Source: Promethearchaeota archaeon
GTDB lineage: Archaea > Asgardarchaeota > Lokiarchaeia > Sigyniarchaeales > SOKP01
Direction: 5' to 3'
Assembly: GCA_016839745.1 (NCBI GenBank)
Contig: JAEOTS010000168.1
Coordinates: 1 to 20,620, forward strand
Length of the DNA: 20,620 bases
Within the stretch, counting starts at the first letter, position 1. Every line of letters begins with the position of its first letter. Positions 1-8,149 of this stretch are shown here, one piece after another. Made by a program: the position numbers and the translations under genes. The notes under the pieces were generated by a model. That model saw only the letters and a program-made list of their open reading frames with translations, ran no database searches and was not told where the DNA came from.

Positions 1-54
1 AACATGGCGTTAGCTGCTATAGAAAAAGTTGGAAAGAAGTTAGATATTATTTAA
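1..54 (+). CDS. 3' end of a gene truncated by the window edge (…NMALAAIEKVGKKLDII*), possibly a class II PLP enzyme (Kbl/BioF-like C-terminus)
   Basis: Frame 1 is open to TAA at 52-54 and followed by a T-rich tract. The peptide resembles the typical Kbl/BioF C-terminal pattern (ALxAxxKVGKxLxII), but only 17 aa are visible. Confidence 0.4.
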   Translation, partial: NMALAAIEKVGKKLDII

Positions 55-77
55 TTTATTTTTTATTCTTCTTTTGT
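55..77. terminator. T-rich tract between convergent genes (archaeal oligo-T terminator candidate for the + strand gene)
   Basis: tttattttttattcttcttttgt lies directly after the stop at 54. Confidence 0.35.
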
Positions 78-662
78 TTATAACGGTTTTGCTAGTATAG
101 CTTTAACTCTTAACTGATGAAATAAACTCGTAGTATTTGGTTTAATTAGGCACACTGTGTCTGCTCCTCTCCCAGTTCCACCAACACAAATGATATCATC
201 ATCAAGATTTGAGATTAGTCCCGCATCAGCAACCATGGTTGCAATCTCCATACAAACTTTTGTACCTTGGCTAAAATTTGTCCTAAGATATTTAGCCATT
301 ATCTCTACTGGCGCCCATTGTTTTAAAGACATCCGAAGACTTCTTTCTACTGAACCAAATGCGTGTGTTGCGGAAAATACGATTAAGCCTTCCTTCCTCA
401 AATCTTCTATTAATTCCTCAGGAAATTCTTGTCTTTTATCTGTTCCACCAAAATAATATGAATGAGTAACAATTATCAGCTTATACTTTTTAAGATCAAA
501 AATGTTTTTAGCCTTTTGAGCAGTCATACCGGTTGTACTAGCGATTACAATTTCCTTTATCCCAAATTTTTCAGCAGATTTTTTCGCGATCTCCAAAGCT
601 TTATCTGTATTTTGTGGTCCTCCGTTCTCGAAATATAATACTTCTAGATTTATATCTGACAT
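78..662 (-). CDS. Pyruvate kinase C-terminal-like (PK_C, COG1751-type) conserved protein
   Basis: Motifs YFE..GPQNT, IVIASTTGMTA, VTH, THAF.SVERS, QGTKVCMEIATMVADAG and GGTGRGADT are typical of this stand-alone archaeal family. Confidence 0.85.
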   Translation of the reverse strand: MSDINLEVLYFENGGPQNTDKALEIAKKSAEKFGIKEIVIASTTGMTAQKAKNIFDLKKYKLIIVTHSYYFGGTDKRQEFPEELIEDLRKEGLIVFSATHAFGSVERSLRMSLKQWAPVEIMAKYLRTNFSQGTKVCMEIATMVADAGLISNLDDDIICVGGTGRGADTVCLIKPNTTSLFHQLRVKAILAKPL

Positions 663-849
663 TTTTTTAAATTACTATTTTTTTTGTATTAAATAATATT
701 TTGTGATATTAGAGCTTTTATTTCTAAAAAGATCGACATTTAAAAAACGCTAAAAAGTTAGAATAAAAAACGATGCAACCTAAAGTTTCTTTTATTATTT
801 TTAATTAAGCCATTTAATATCATTGAAATCAACTTCCGTGATAAAAAAA

Positions 850-1998
850 ATGTCGAATGAAACTGATGCAAAATATAAAGAAATTGGTAACATATTAAAT
901 AAGGCTGGTCCGTATATTCTTACCGATAGTGTTATAGAAATTCTAAAATACTCGATATCGGAAGAGAATTTAGACTTTTTAAAGGCATTTAAAACAAATA
1001 TCTCTCAAACAATGGAACAGTTAAAAGAGAGCATCGCAAGATATTGCGAGAATTCTTATTCTGAAAAAGAAATTTTGGAAAAAGTTGACCAGCTTGCAAA
1101 AAAAGGTGTAATGTTTGATCAACCTAATCGTCATGGCGTAGTGGTCTTTCGATTGGCGCCTATATTCCGCCAGTTTGAATATACTTTCATGAAAAAATTA
1201 GAAAAAACTGATGAATTTATAGAACTCGCGCGTTTATTCTACGAATCTGAAAAAGAATTGGGCGCCATAGCTCAAAAAGATTACGATAATCTTCCTAATA
1301 TGGTGAAAAATATGCCAGCGCAAGATCGAACCGTTCCTATTAGAAAAAATAAAGAGACTGGGGAAGAAATTAAAATAATAGTTGATGAAGATCTAGAAGT
1401 ACCTGAAGAACAGATTGTAACAGCAGAAGATATTAGAGAAATAATTGAAAAATTTGATGACATAGCTGTTGGTCAATGCTATTGTCGACAAAAAGAAGAA
1501 TTCTTGGGACACACATGTCAACAAAATCCTCCTGGAGAAAGTTGTTTCACTTTAGGTAAAAGCGCAAGACATACGACTAAACATGGCTTCACTAGACTTA
1601 TTTCTAAACAAGAAGCGTTAAAAATTATAAAAGACATTGAAGATGCGGGGTTAGTTCATAAGGTTTATCATCTTAATTCAGATTTAAGTAAAGATGAAGT
1701 AGCAATTTGCAATTGCTGCAGCTGTTGCTGTTCAACTAGTAAAGTATCTGTAATGTATCCTAACGTTAACATTTCTAATTATTTAGTAGACATCGATCAA
1801 GATTTATGTATAGGGTGTGGCACATGTGTTGAAAAATGTTTTAATCAGGTACTTGAACTAAACGATCAGGGAAAAGCAGAAAGAGTAGGAGACGAATGCG
1901 TTGGATGTGGTGTGTGTGCATACTTGTGCCCTGAAAATGCGATCTCCTTAATTAATGGGCCTTATCGGCGCGTTAACATTATACCTGAAAAGAAATAA
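850..1998 (+). CDS. Cys-rich iron-sulfur protein with a C-terminal 2x[4Fe-4S] ferredoxin domain
   Basis: CYCR…C…CF, CNCCSCCC, CIGCGTCVEKC and CVGCGVCAYLCP motifs. The ATG at 850 is preferred over the TTG at 823. Confidence 0.8.
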   Translation: MSNETDAKYKEIGNILNKAGPYILTDSVIEILKYSISEENLDFLKAFKTNISQTMEQLKESIARYCENSYSEKEILEKVDQLAKKGVMFDQPNRHGVVVFRLAPIFRQFEYTFMKKLEKTDEFIELARLFYESEKELGAIAQKDYDNLPNMVKNMPAQDRTVPIRKNKETGEEIKIIVDEDLEVPEEQIVTAEDIREIIEKFDDIAVGQCYCRQKEEFLGHTCQQNPPGESCFTLGKSARHTTKHGFTRLISKQEALKIIKDIEDAGLVHKVYHLNSDLSKDEVAICNCCSCCCSTSKVSVMYPNVNISNYLVDIDQDLCIGCGTCVEKCFNQVLELNDQGKAERVGDECVGCGVCAYLCPENAISLINGPYRRVNIIPEKK

Positions 1999-2106
1999 GC
2001 TTGAAAATTAAATTTTTATTTGCTTTTTAATTTAAATTAAAAAAAGTTTTCTTCAGAATTTTTTTAAAAAAAATTATTCAAAAAAAGAAAAATGTAATAG
2101 AATTAA

Positions 2107-2904
2107 TTATTTAATTTTTTTCGCTTCCTCAATCCAATCTTCAATCATTTTTAATGTTGGAGGTTTTCTAAACACATCAGGTTTTTCTTTATCCAGTTTC
2201 CCGATGCGATCTAGAGTGTTATTAGGATTACGTTGAGCTAATTCTTTAACTGAATCGATTCCGATTTCATTAATAACCTCAGCGTATTCAGGACCTATAC
2301 CATCAATTCTCATCAAATCAGCGTGTTCTGCCCATTTATCTATTAATTTTTCTGATATCTTTGTTTTTTTAGCTAAATTTTTAATCGCTTTTCTGTCTAA
2401 TCCTATTAAACTCTCAACATCAAGAAATCCTGCTTTTTCCAAAGTCTTCCCGTATTTAACACCGATTCCCTCGAGGTCGATAATCGGGGTTTCCTTTGGG
2501 GTTGTTTTAGTTTTCTTCACATTGTTTATATCTTGTGCTTCCTTGATCCAACCTTCAACATCTTCAACTTTTGGAATTTTTCTAATAACATCCGGTTGCT
2601 TCTTGTCAAACTCAACAATACTCTCTAATGTATTTTTAGGATTACGATAAGCAAGTTCTTGCGTAGAATCAATACCTACTTTATTTAAAACTTCTGAATA
2701 TTCAGGTCCAATACCTTTAATTGTCATTAACTCCGCTTGATCTTGCCATTTTTCAATTAATTTTAAAGAAATACTCGTGGTATTTGCCAAGTCTTTAATT
2801 TCTCTCCATTTTAAAGGTATTAAGTCTTCTACATTTTCAACGGAAGCTTTTCCTAATGTTTTTGCATATTTCTCTCCAATGCCTTCAATATCAATAATTT
2901 TCAT
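2107..2904 (-). CDS. Tandem DUF4332 (helix-hairpin-helix) domain protein
   Basis: Two homologous halves (IIDIEGIGEKYAKTL / IIDLEGIGVKYGKTL; LMTIKGIGPEYSEVL / LMRIDGIGPEYAEVI; ELAYRNP / ELAQRNP; WIKEA / WIEEA) joined by a Lys/Thr/Pro linker. Confidence 0.8.
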   Translation of the reverse strand: MKIIDIEGIGEKYAKTLGKASVENVEDLIPLKWREIKDLANTTSISLKLIEKWQDQAELMTIKGIGPEYSEVLNKVGIDSTQELAYRNPKNTLESIVEFDKKQPDVIRKIPKVEDVEGWIKEAQDINNVKKTKTTPKETPIIDLEGIGVKYGKTLEKAGFLDVESLIGLDRKAIKNLAKKTKISEKLIDKWAEHADLMRIDGIGPEYAEVINEIGIDSVKELAQRNPNNTLDRIGKLDKEKPDVFRKPPTLKMIEDWIEEAKKIK

Positions 2905-3087
2905 TGTTTTTCTTCTCTATTTCTTAAATTAGTATTTTTATGTATGCAATATAAATATTAATTCCTTGTTTTAAAACATTTATTTCATATTTCATAAAAA
3001 CCTTACTTCATATCTTCAAGCATAATTTTAAATAAAATATAATGTGATCAATTTTAATTACAATTTATATGGAATTTATCTAAAAAA

Positions 3088-4512
3088 ATGACTGAAAGAA
3101 AATTATCTTTTAAAGAAAAAGCATTATTTGCTACGAGTAGCTTTCCAGATCAAATGACCTATCAAGCATTTACCATATATGTTTTTACTTTTTATTTTGC
3201 AGTAGTAGGACTAAGTATGTTTGAGATGTGGATTGGATTTATTCTATGGGGGGTATGGAATATGGTTAACGACCCCCTCTTAGGTGCATTGAGTGAAAGA
3301 ACCAAACAAAAAGGTAAGTTAGGAAAACGGAAGTTCTATTTAATTATCTCGTTTATTCCATTATCTTTAATGATGGTGCTATTATATACAGTTCCTGCTG
3401 GTTTTGAGTTTATTTACTTTATTCTTATAATATTTACTTTTGAATTCTTTTATACAATGTTTTCAGTTAATACTAATGCAGTTTTTCCTGAGATGTTTCC
3501 AGTTGAAAAAGACAGAGCAGCAATTAATGTGTTCTTAAAGAGTTTTACAATGATTGCTGTAATTCTTGCTTCTTTAGTTCCTACATTTATAATATCTCCT
3601 TTAGCTCCGACACTTGGTGAGGGCGATCCAGGATACCTAACAGAAGTCGCTAGTATTAGATCGATGTATATAACAGCAGGGTTAATTCTGTTTGTGATTG
3701 TATTAATAATGGCAGTATTATTTGTGTTCTTATCTGTTAAAGAGAAAGACGAAGATAAGACTGTATTTGAAAAACGACCGTCTTTTATTAAATCATTGAA
3801 GACAACCTTTACAAATAGAACTTTCATAAAATTCACATTAGGAAACATGCTCATCTGGTATTGTTTTAATATTTTATTAACTGTGTTTCCTTTATTCGCA
3901 ATCTATATTCTTGGGCATGTCGAAGGATCTCTTATGATTGGTATTACATTGATGATAGCATTACTTTCGGCTGCAGTATTTATGCCAATACAAAGTAGAA
4001 TTAGAGCTAAAGTAGGAACTCGGAAAGGATTGATGGGAGGTTTAGGAATCTGGATAATAACCTTGTTCCCATTAATTTTCTTATCAAATAATGAAGTAAG
4101 TCGAATTTTATCAATGGTTATATTTTTTACCATTGGTTTTGGGCTCTCATCAGCATTATTTTTTATTGATTTAATTCATGCTGATGTTATAGAAGAAGAT
4201 GCCCTTAAGTTTGGTGTAAAGAGAGCAGCGAGTTATTACGGCGTTAACGCATTTATCCACCGGTTTTCAACGATTCTTGGTATTACTACTATAGCTATAA
4301 TATTCTCCGGAACTGGTTGGAGTGATTATGTTCCTATTATTACCGACCCAGACTTACTCTTTTTGAGAGATATTGGCTTAAAAGCATTAATTTTTCTGTT
4401 TCCCTCAATCGCACTCGTAGGAGCTATTCTTTTCTTTAAATCTTACGGTTTACATGGAGAGAGACTTGAAAAAATGAGAGAAGAATTACAAAAACATCCA
4501 GAATTAAAATAA
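3088..4512 (+). CDS. MFS transporter, GPH (MelB/Na+:sugar-like, MFS_2) family
   Basis: About 12 hydrophobic segments, with WNMVNDPLLGALSERT…GKR, LIHADVIEED…GVKRA..YYG motifs. Confidence 0.85.
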   Translation: MTERKLSFKEKALFATSSFPDQMTYQAFTIYVFTFYFAVVGLSMFEMWIGFILWGVWNMVNDPLLGALSERTKQKGKLGKRKFYLIISFIPLSLMMVLLYTVPAGFEFIYFILIIFTFEFFYTMFSVNTNAVFPEMFPVEKDRAAINVFLKSFTMIAVILASLVPTFIISPLAPTLGEGDPGYLTEVASIRSMYITAGLILFVIVLIMAVLFVFLSVKEKDEDKTVFEKRPSFIKSLKTTFTNRTFIKFTLGNMLIWYCFNILLTVFPLFAIYILGHVEGSLMIGITLMIALLSAAVFMPIQSRIRAKVGTRKGLMGGLGIWIITLFPLIFLSNNEVSRILSMVIFFTIGFGLSSALFFIDLIHADVIEEDALKFGVKRAASYYGVNAFIHRFSTILGITTIAIIFSGTGWSDYVPIITDPDLLFLRDIGLKALIFLFPSIALVGAILFFKSYGLHGERLEKMREELQKHPELK

Positions 4513-4572
4513 TTATTCTACTTTCTCTTTTTTTTATTTATGAAAATTAGTATAAACAATATATTAATTAGT

Positions 4573-5490
4573 CTATATCTTAATTCCTAAGATTTCTTTA
4601 GCTTCATCAACAGTTGCAACTTCTCTATCAATTTCATTAGCAATCCTGACCATCCTCTTTACTAGTTGGGCGTTACTTTCAGCAAGTTCTCCTTTTCGAT
4701 AATAAATAGTATCTTCTAAACCGGTTCTTATATTTCCTCCCATACTCATAGCCATTACAGTCGTTCGCAAATTAAATTTACCAACCGTAACGACTTGCCA
4801 TGTCGAAGCTTCGGGTAACTGATCCACCATATGCATTAAATTAGCTGGCTCCGCTTCAGCTCCTCCTTTTATGCCTAAAACTATACTGAAGTGTAATGGA
4901 GGTTTTAATAATCCTGTCTCGACAAATTCTAAAACATTAGTAATGTGGCTTGAATCATATACTTCGATTTCTATCCCAAAACCCTTTTTATTGCACCTTT
5001 TGATGTATTTACGATTGAAATCTTGAGGATTCATAAACATATCACCACCATATGGCGTTCTAAATTCAAATGAACCAGCGTTAATGGTGTGCATCTCGGG
5101 TTTAGGGTCAATATTTAATAGATTAAGTCGTTCTTCTAAGGATGGTTGGATAATTTCAGTGGTCATTCTTTTTTTACCAGATTTAGTTATGAACTTATGT
5201 TCAATGACTCGTGCACCAATACCATTCCCAATTTGTCTTATCATCGGACACTTATCGCCAATCAATTTAACAGTTTTATTGTAATAATTCAAATCAGGAG
5301 TATTCTGACCATCATCACCACGAACATGTATATGAACGATCGAAGCACCCGCTTCATAACATTCTAAGGCAGCCTGAGCCTGCTCCTCAGCAGTTAAGGG
5401 TAATGAAGGATTAGCCCATTTACCATGAATTCCGCCTGTAATTGCGGCAGTAATTATAACCTTTTTATCTGTTAATAAATTCGGTTTCAT
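4573..5490 (-). CDS. Beta-keto acid cleavage enzyme (BKACE / Kce / DUF849 family)
   Basis: VIITAAITGG, ECYEAGASIVHIHVR (Zn His ligands), EIEVYD and GGNIRTGLED motifs. The ATG at 5490 avoids overlap with the upstream gene; the track start at 5580 is probably too long. Confidence 0.9.
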   Translation of the reverse strand: MKPNLLTDKKVIITAAITGGIHGKWANPSLPLTAEEQAQAALECYEAGASIVHIHVRGDDGQNTPDLNYYNKTVKLIGDKCPMIRQIGNGIGARVIEHKFITKSGKKRMTTEIIQPSLEERLNLLNIDPKPEMHTINAGSFEFRTPYGGDMFMNPQDFNRKYIKRCNKKGFGIEIEVYDSSHITNVLEFVETGLLKPPLHFSIVLGIKGGAEAEPANLMHMVDQLPEASTWQVVTVGKFNLRTTVMAMSMGGNIRTGLEDTIYYRKGELAESNAQLVKRMVRIANEIDREVATVDEAKEILGIKI

Positions 5491-5555
5491 TTTCTTCAAC
5501 TTATTATTGGTTTTATTTCTAACAGAACTTAATCTTACTTTTAAATGGACAAACA

Positions 5556-6407
5556 TTAAGACTTCTTCTTTTTTTTCCAAGTGTAGAATCCTTTTCCAGT
5601 TTTCATACCAAGATCTCCATTTTCTACCATTTGTTTGAGAGCATCTGGTGGTTTATCGCGAGGATCTCCACTTTCTTCGAAATAAGACATTTGTACAGCA
5701 TATACAGTATCTAATCCAATTCCGTCCATTAAGACAAAAGGACCCATTTTCATACCTGTAAAAATCTTCCATGCTGTGTCAATAGTCTCTATGTCAGCGT
5801 ATCCTTTGTCCCACATATTTAAAGCCTCTTTTCTCGCAGAATGCCAGATTCTATTAAACACAAAACCCAGACATTCCTTTTTAACAACGATAGGTTCGCA
5901 TCCTATATTTTTTATCCAATTTTTACCCGTTTCAAATGTTTCGTCACTTGTACCGGTCCCACGCATGATATCTACCATTGGGCGTGTTGGAATAGGTGGA
6001 TAAAAATGTAAATTTAAAACTTTGTCCTTTCTTTTAACTGCAGATTCAATCTTTGACACGGGATAGGAAGAACTATTTGTCCCTATTATTGTATGAACAG
6101 GCGCAAAATTATCTATCTGCGAAAAAACTTCCTTCTTTAACCCTAAATCTTCTGGGACTGCTTCAATTACGAGGTCAACGTCTTCAAGGGCATCTCTCAA
6201 ATCTGAATAATAGGATACCTTCTTAATTGTATCTAATTGGTTTTTTCGTTTTAGTCGTCCCGTGATATATTTTTTAGCGTCTTCGACAATATTTGGGTTA
6301 ATATCATAGACAATTACTATAAAATCGTGTAAAGCTGCTTGAGCAGCTATTTGTTTTCCGGTAAAACCAGCTCCAATAATTCCAACTTTTTTAATTTTAT
6401 TTCTCAT
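5556..6407 (-). CDS. 3-hydroxyacyl-CoA dehydrogenase family protein
   Basis: Rossmann GAGFTG, EAVPEDL.LK, NSSS, LHF, GFVFNR, MGPF.LMDGIGLD and GDLGMKTGKGFY motifs. Confidence 0.88.
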   Translation of the reverse strand: MRNKIKKVGIIGAGFTGKQIAAQAALHDFIVIVYDINPNIVEDAKKYITGRLKRKNQLDTIKKVSYYSDLRDALEDVDLVIEAVPEDLGLKKEVFSQIDNFAPVHTIIGTNSSSYPVSKIESAVKRKDKVLNLHFYPPIPTRPMVDIMRGTGTSDETFETGKNWIKNIGCEPIVVKKECLGFVFNRIWHSARKEALNMWDKGYADIETIDTAWKIFTGMKMGPFVLMDGIGLDTVYAVQMSYFEESGDPRDKPPDALKQMVENGDLGMKTGKGFYTWKKKKKS

Positions 6408-6443
6408 TCTAAATCCTGCTATTCGATTGCCCTAATTTATTGA

Positions 6444-7271
6444 TTAAAATTTAGTATTTAACCAAGATTTGATTTCTTTAAATTTCTCTTCAGTGAATTG
6501 CACAGCATGCTTAGCACCGGGCATTATAAAGAACTTCTTATCTTTGCAAGGAAGTTCGTCGAGCAGCGATTGAGCCGATTCAACAGAGAATAATTCATCG
6601 TGTTCTCCTACACCAAGAAGTATGGGACATTTTATCTCTTCTGTAAGGTCTAAATCTTTAAAACCTACTAGCCTTATAAATCGTAATGTGTATTTAAAAT
6701 TGAATAACGGATCGTCTAAGCCTAAAATGCCCTCTCGATAGTATTTTATCACAGGTTTGCTAGGTCGAAAAATTGAGCTAAAAAGTATTTTTAATTTCTG
6801 TAGAGCTGAAGGACTTTTGTATACTCCTGGTTTAACAGTTATACCGGCACTCAATAATATTAAACCGTCAATTTTTACATCACTATTCAATTTTGCTAAT
6901 AATGCGGTAAGAACACCTAAACTATGTCCAAATAATATTAGCGTACTGAACTGTTTCTTCAGATGCGAGATGGTTTCAACAAGATCGCTTATTAACCTCT
7001 CTTTACTTGGATAATCGCCTCTAATACCGTCAGATAACCCATGTCCTCTTAGATCTAAACCGATTGCAGTAAATCCTGTTTTTGAGATTGCATCAGCAAA
7101 CAACTCATATGGTCCACTATAAGCTGTAATTCCATGTAAGATGAGGATTGCCTTATTTGATGGACTCTGCGATTCCCATTTCCTTAAAAATAATGTAATG
7201 CCATCAGAAGTATTAACTAAGTCGAAAGGTTCTTTGAAGTCTTCTCTTAACTTTTTTACATCTATTCCCAT
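6444..7271 (-). CDS. Alpha/beta hydrolase, monoacylglycerol lipase/lysophospholipase type
   Basis: LHG, DLRGHGLSDG.RG, nucleophile GHSLG, GEHD and AKH motifs. ATG at 7271 (alternative GTG at 7280). Confidence 0.85.
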   Translation of the reverse strand: MGIDVKKLREDFKEPFDLVNTSDGITLFLRKWESQSPSNKAILILHGITAYSGPYELFADAISKTGFTAIGLDLRGHGLSDGIRGDYPSKERLISDLVETISHLKKQFSTLILFGHSLGVLTALLAKLNSDVKIDGLILLSAGITVKPGVYKSPSALQKLKILFSSIFRPSKPVIKYYREGILGLDDPLFNFKYTLRFIRLVGFKDLDLTEEIKCPILLGVGEHDELFSVESAQSLLDELPCKDKKFFIMPGAKHAVQFTEEKFKEIKSWLNTKF

Positions 7272-7355
7272 AAATACCACTTATTTTTTTAATAGACTTT
7301 TTGATAATTTAAAGTATTTTAAAAGTATAAATATTATTTCAATATTAGTATCATT

Positions 7356-8051
7356 ATGGAGAAAAACGATAATACAACAAAAACGACTAGAGATTTTATA
7401 ATAGTTCACCTTATTTTCACAGGTTTATGTTTCGCTGTTTTAATGATACCAATCCCAATTGCTATAGGGATTAAATTATTTATACTTATAGTTAGTTATA
7501 ACTTGTTAATTCCATTAGTAGGATTGTTCCGAAAATATAATGAATGGGTAAAACTTTGGGTTTTTGTTTTCTTAATAAGTTTATTCCAAATATGGCCGGA
7601 TTGGTTCCTATCGGCTCAGTTAAACATTTTAGTCTTTCCTGAGGATGGACTTTTTAAAATTGGCCCTGTTTCAGGATACATGGCGGGATTATGGGCGATC
7701 CCTTTATTTTTACTTTGTTTTATTGGACTGAAGATAAGAGAAAATTATTCCCGCTTTAAGAGCTATTTTGTCGTAGGATTACTTGCTTTTGGTATTTTTG
7801 TATTCTCCGAACAGACATTGTGGATGCTTCAATCGTGGTACCCTCAAAATGTCACTCTGTTTTTCGATCATCTAGCCGTATACATAATTATTCCTGAAGT
7901 TCTACTAGGTTTAAGTACATTTTATTACTTCGAAAAGGTAAAAACTCAGCACTTTTTAATATTAATCTCGGTGGCTTTTGGTATAATGCTTCTATATCTA
8001 GGAAGCGCCTCGTTTTTCTACTTTTTGACAGAAAAAATTATTTTTATCTAA
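7356..8051 (+). CDS. Uncharacterised integral membrane protein (tentatively DUF6989-like)
   Basis: About 7-8 hydrophobic segments and a PDWFLS…LVFP.DG…IGPV..YMAGLWAIP motif. Divergent from the lipase gene. Confidence 0.65.
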   Translation: MEKNDNTTKTTRDFIIVHLIFTGLCFAVLMIPIPIAIGIKLFILIVSYNLLIPLVGLFRKYNEWVKLWVFVFLISLFQIWPDWFLSAQLNILVFPEDGLFKIGPVSGYMAGLWAIPLFLLCFIGLKIRENYSRFKSYFVVGLLAFGIFVFSEQTLWMLQSWYPQNVTLFFDHLAVYIIIPEVLLGLSTFYYFEKVKTQHFLILISVAFGIMLLYLGSASFFYFLTEKIIFI

Positions 8052-8149
8052 ATCGACATTTAATTTTTTCGAAAATAATTAAAATTAAATTCTATTATCT
8101 TAATAATTTGTTTTGAATAACTATAGATTTTTTGAAAAGGGTATAACGA

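Noticed and set aside
1999-2106. A/T homopolymer-rich intergenic tracts as repeats or MITEs
   Set aside because: Expected low-complexity terminator regions between convergent genes in an AT-rich genome; no terminal inverted repeats or target-site duplications.
4573-5490. Assigning gene symbol kce (lysine fermentation)
   Set aside because: The amine-binding Glu and STG motif are absent, and no kamA/kamDE/kdd/kal genes are nearby.
5491-5580. N-terminal extension of the BKACE overlapping the dehydrogenase gene
   Set aside because: Family similarity starts just after Met at 5490; the extension reads through AT-rich intergenic DNA.
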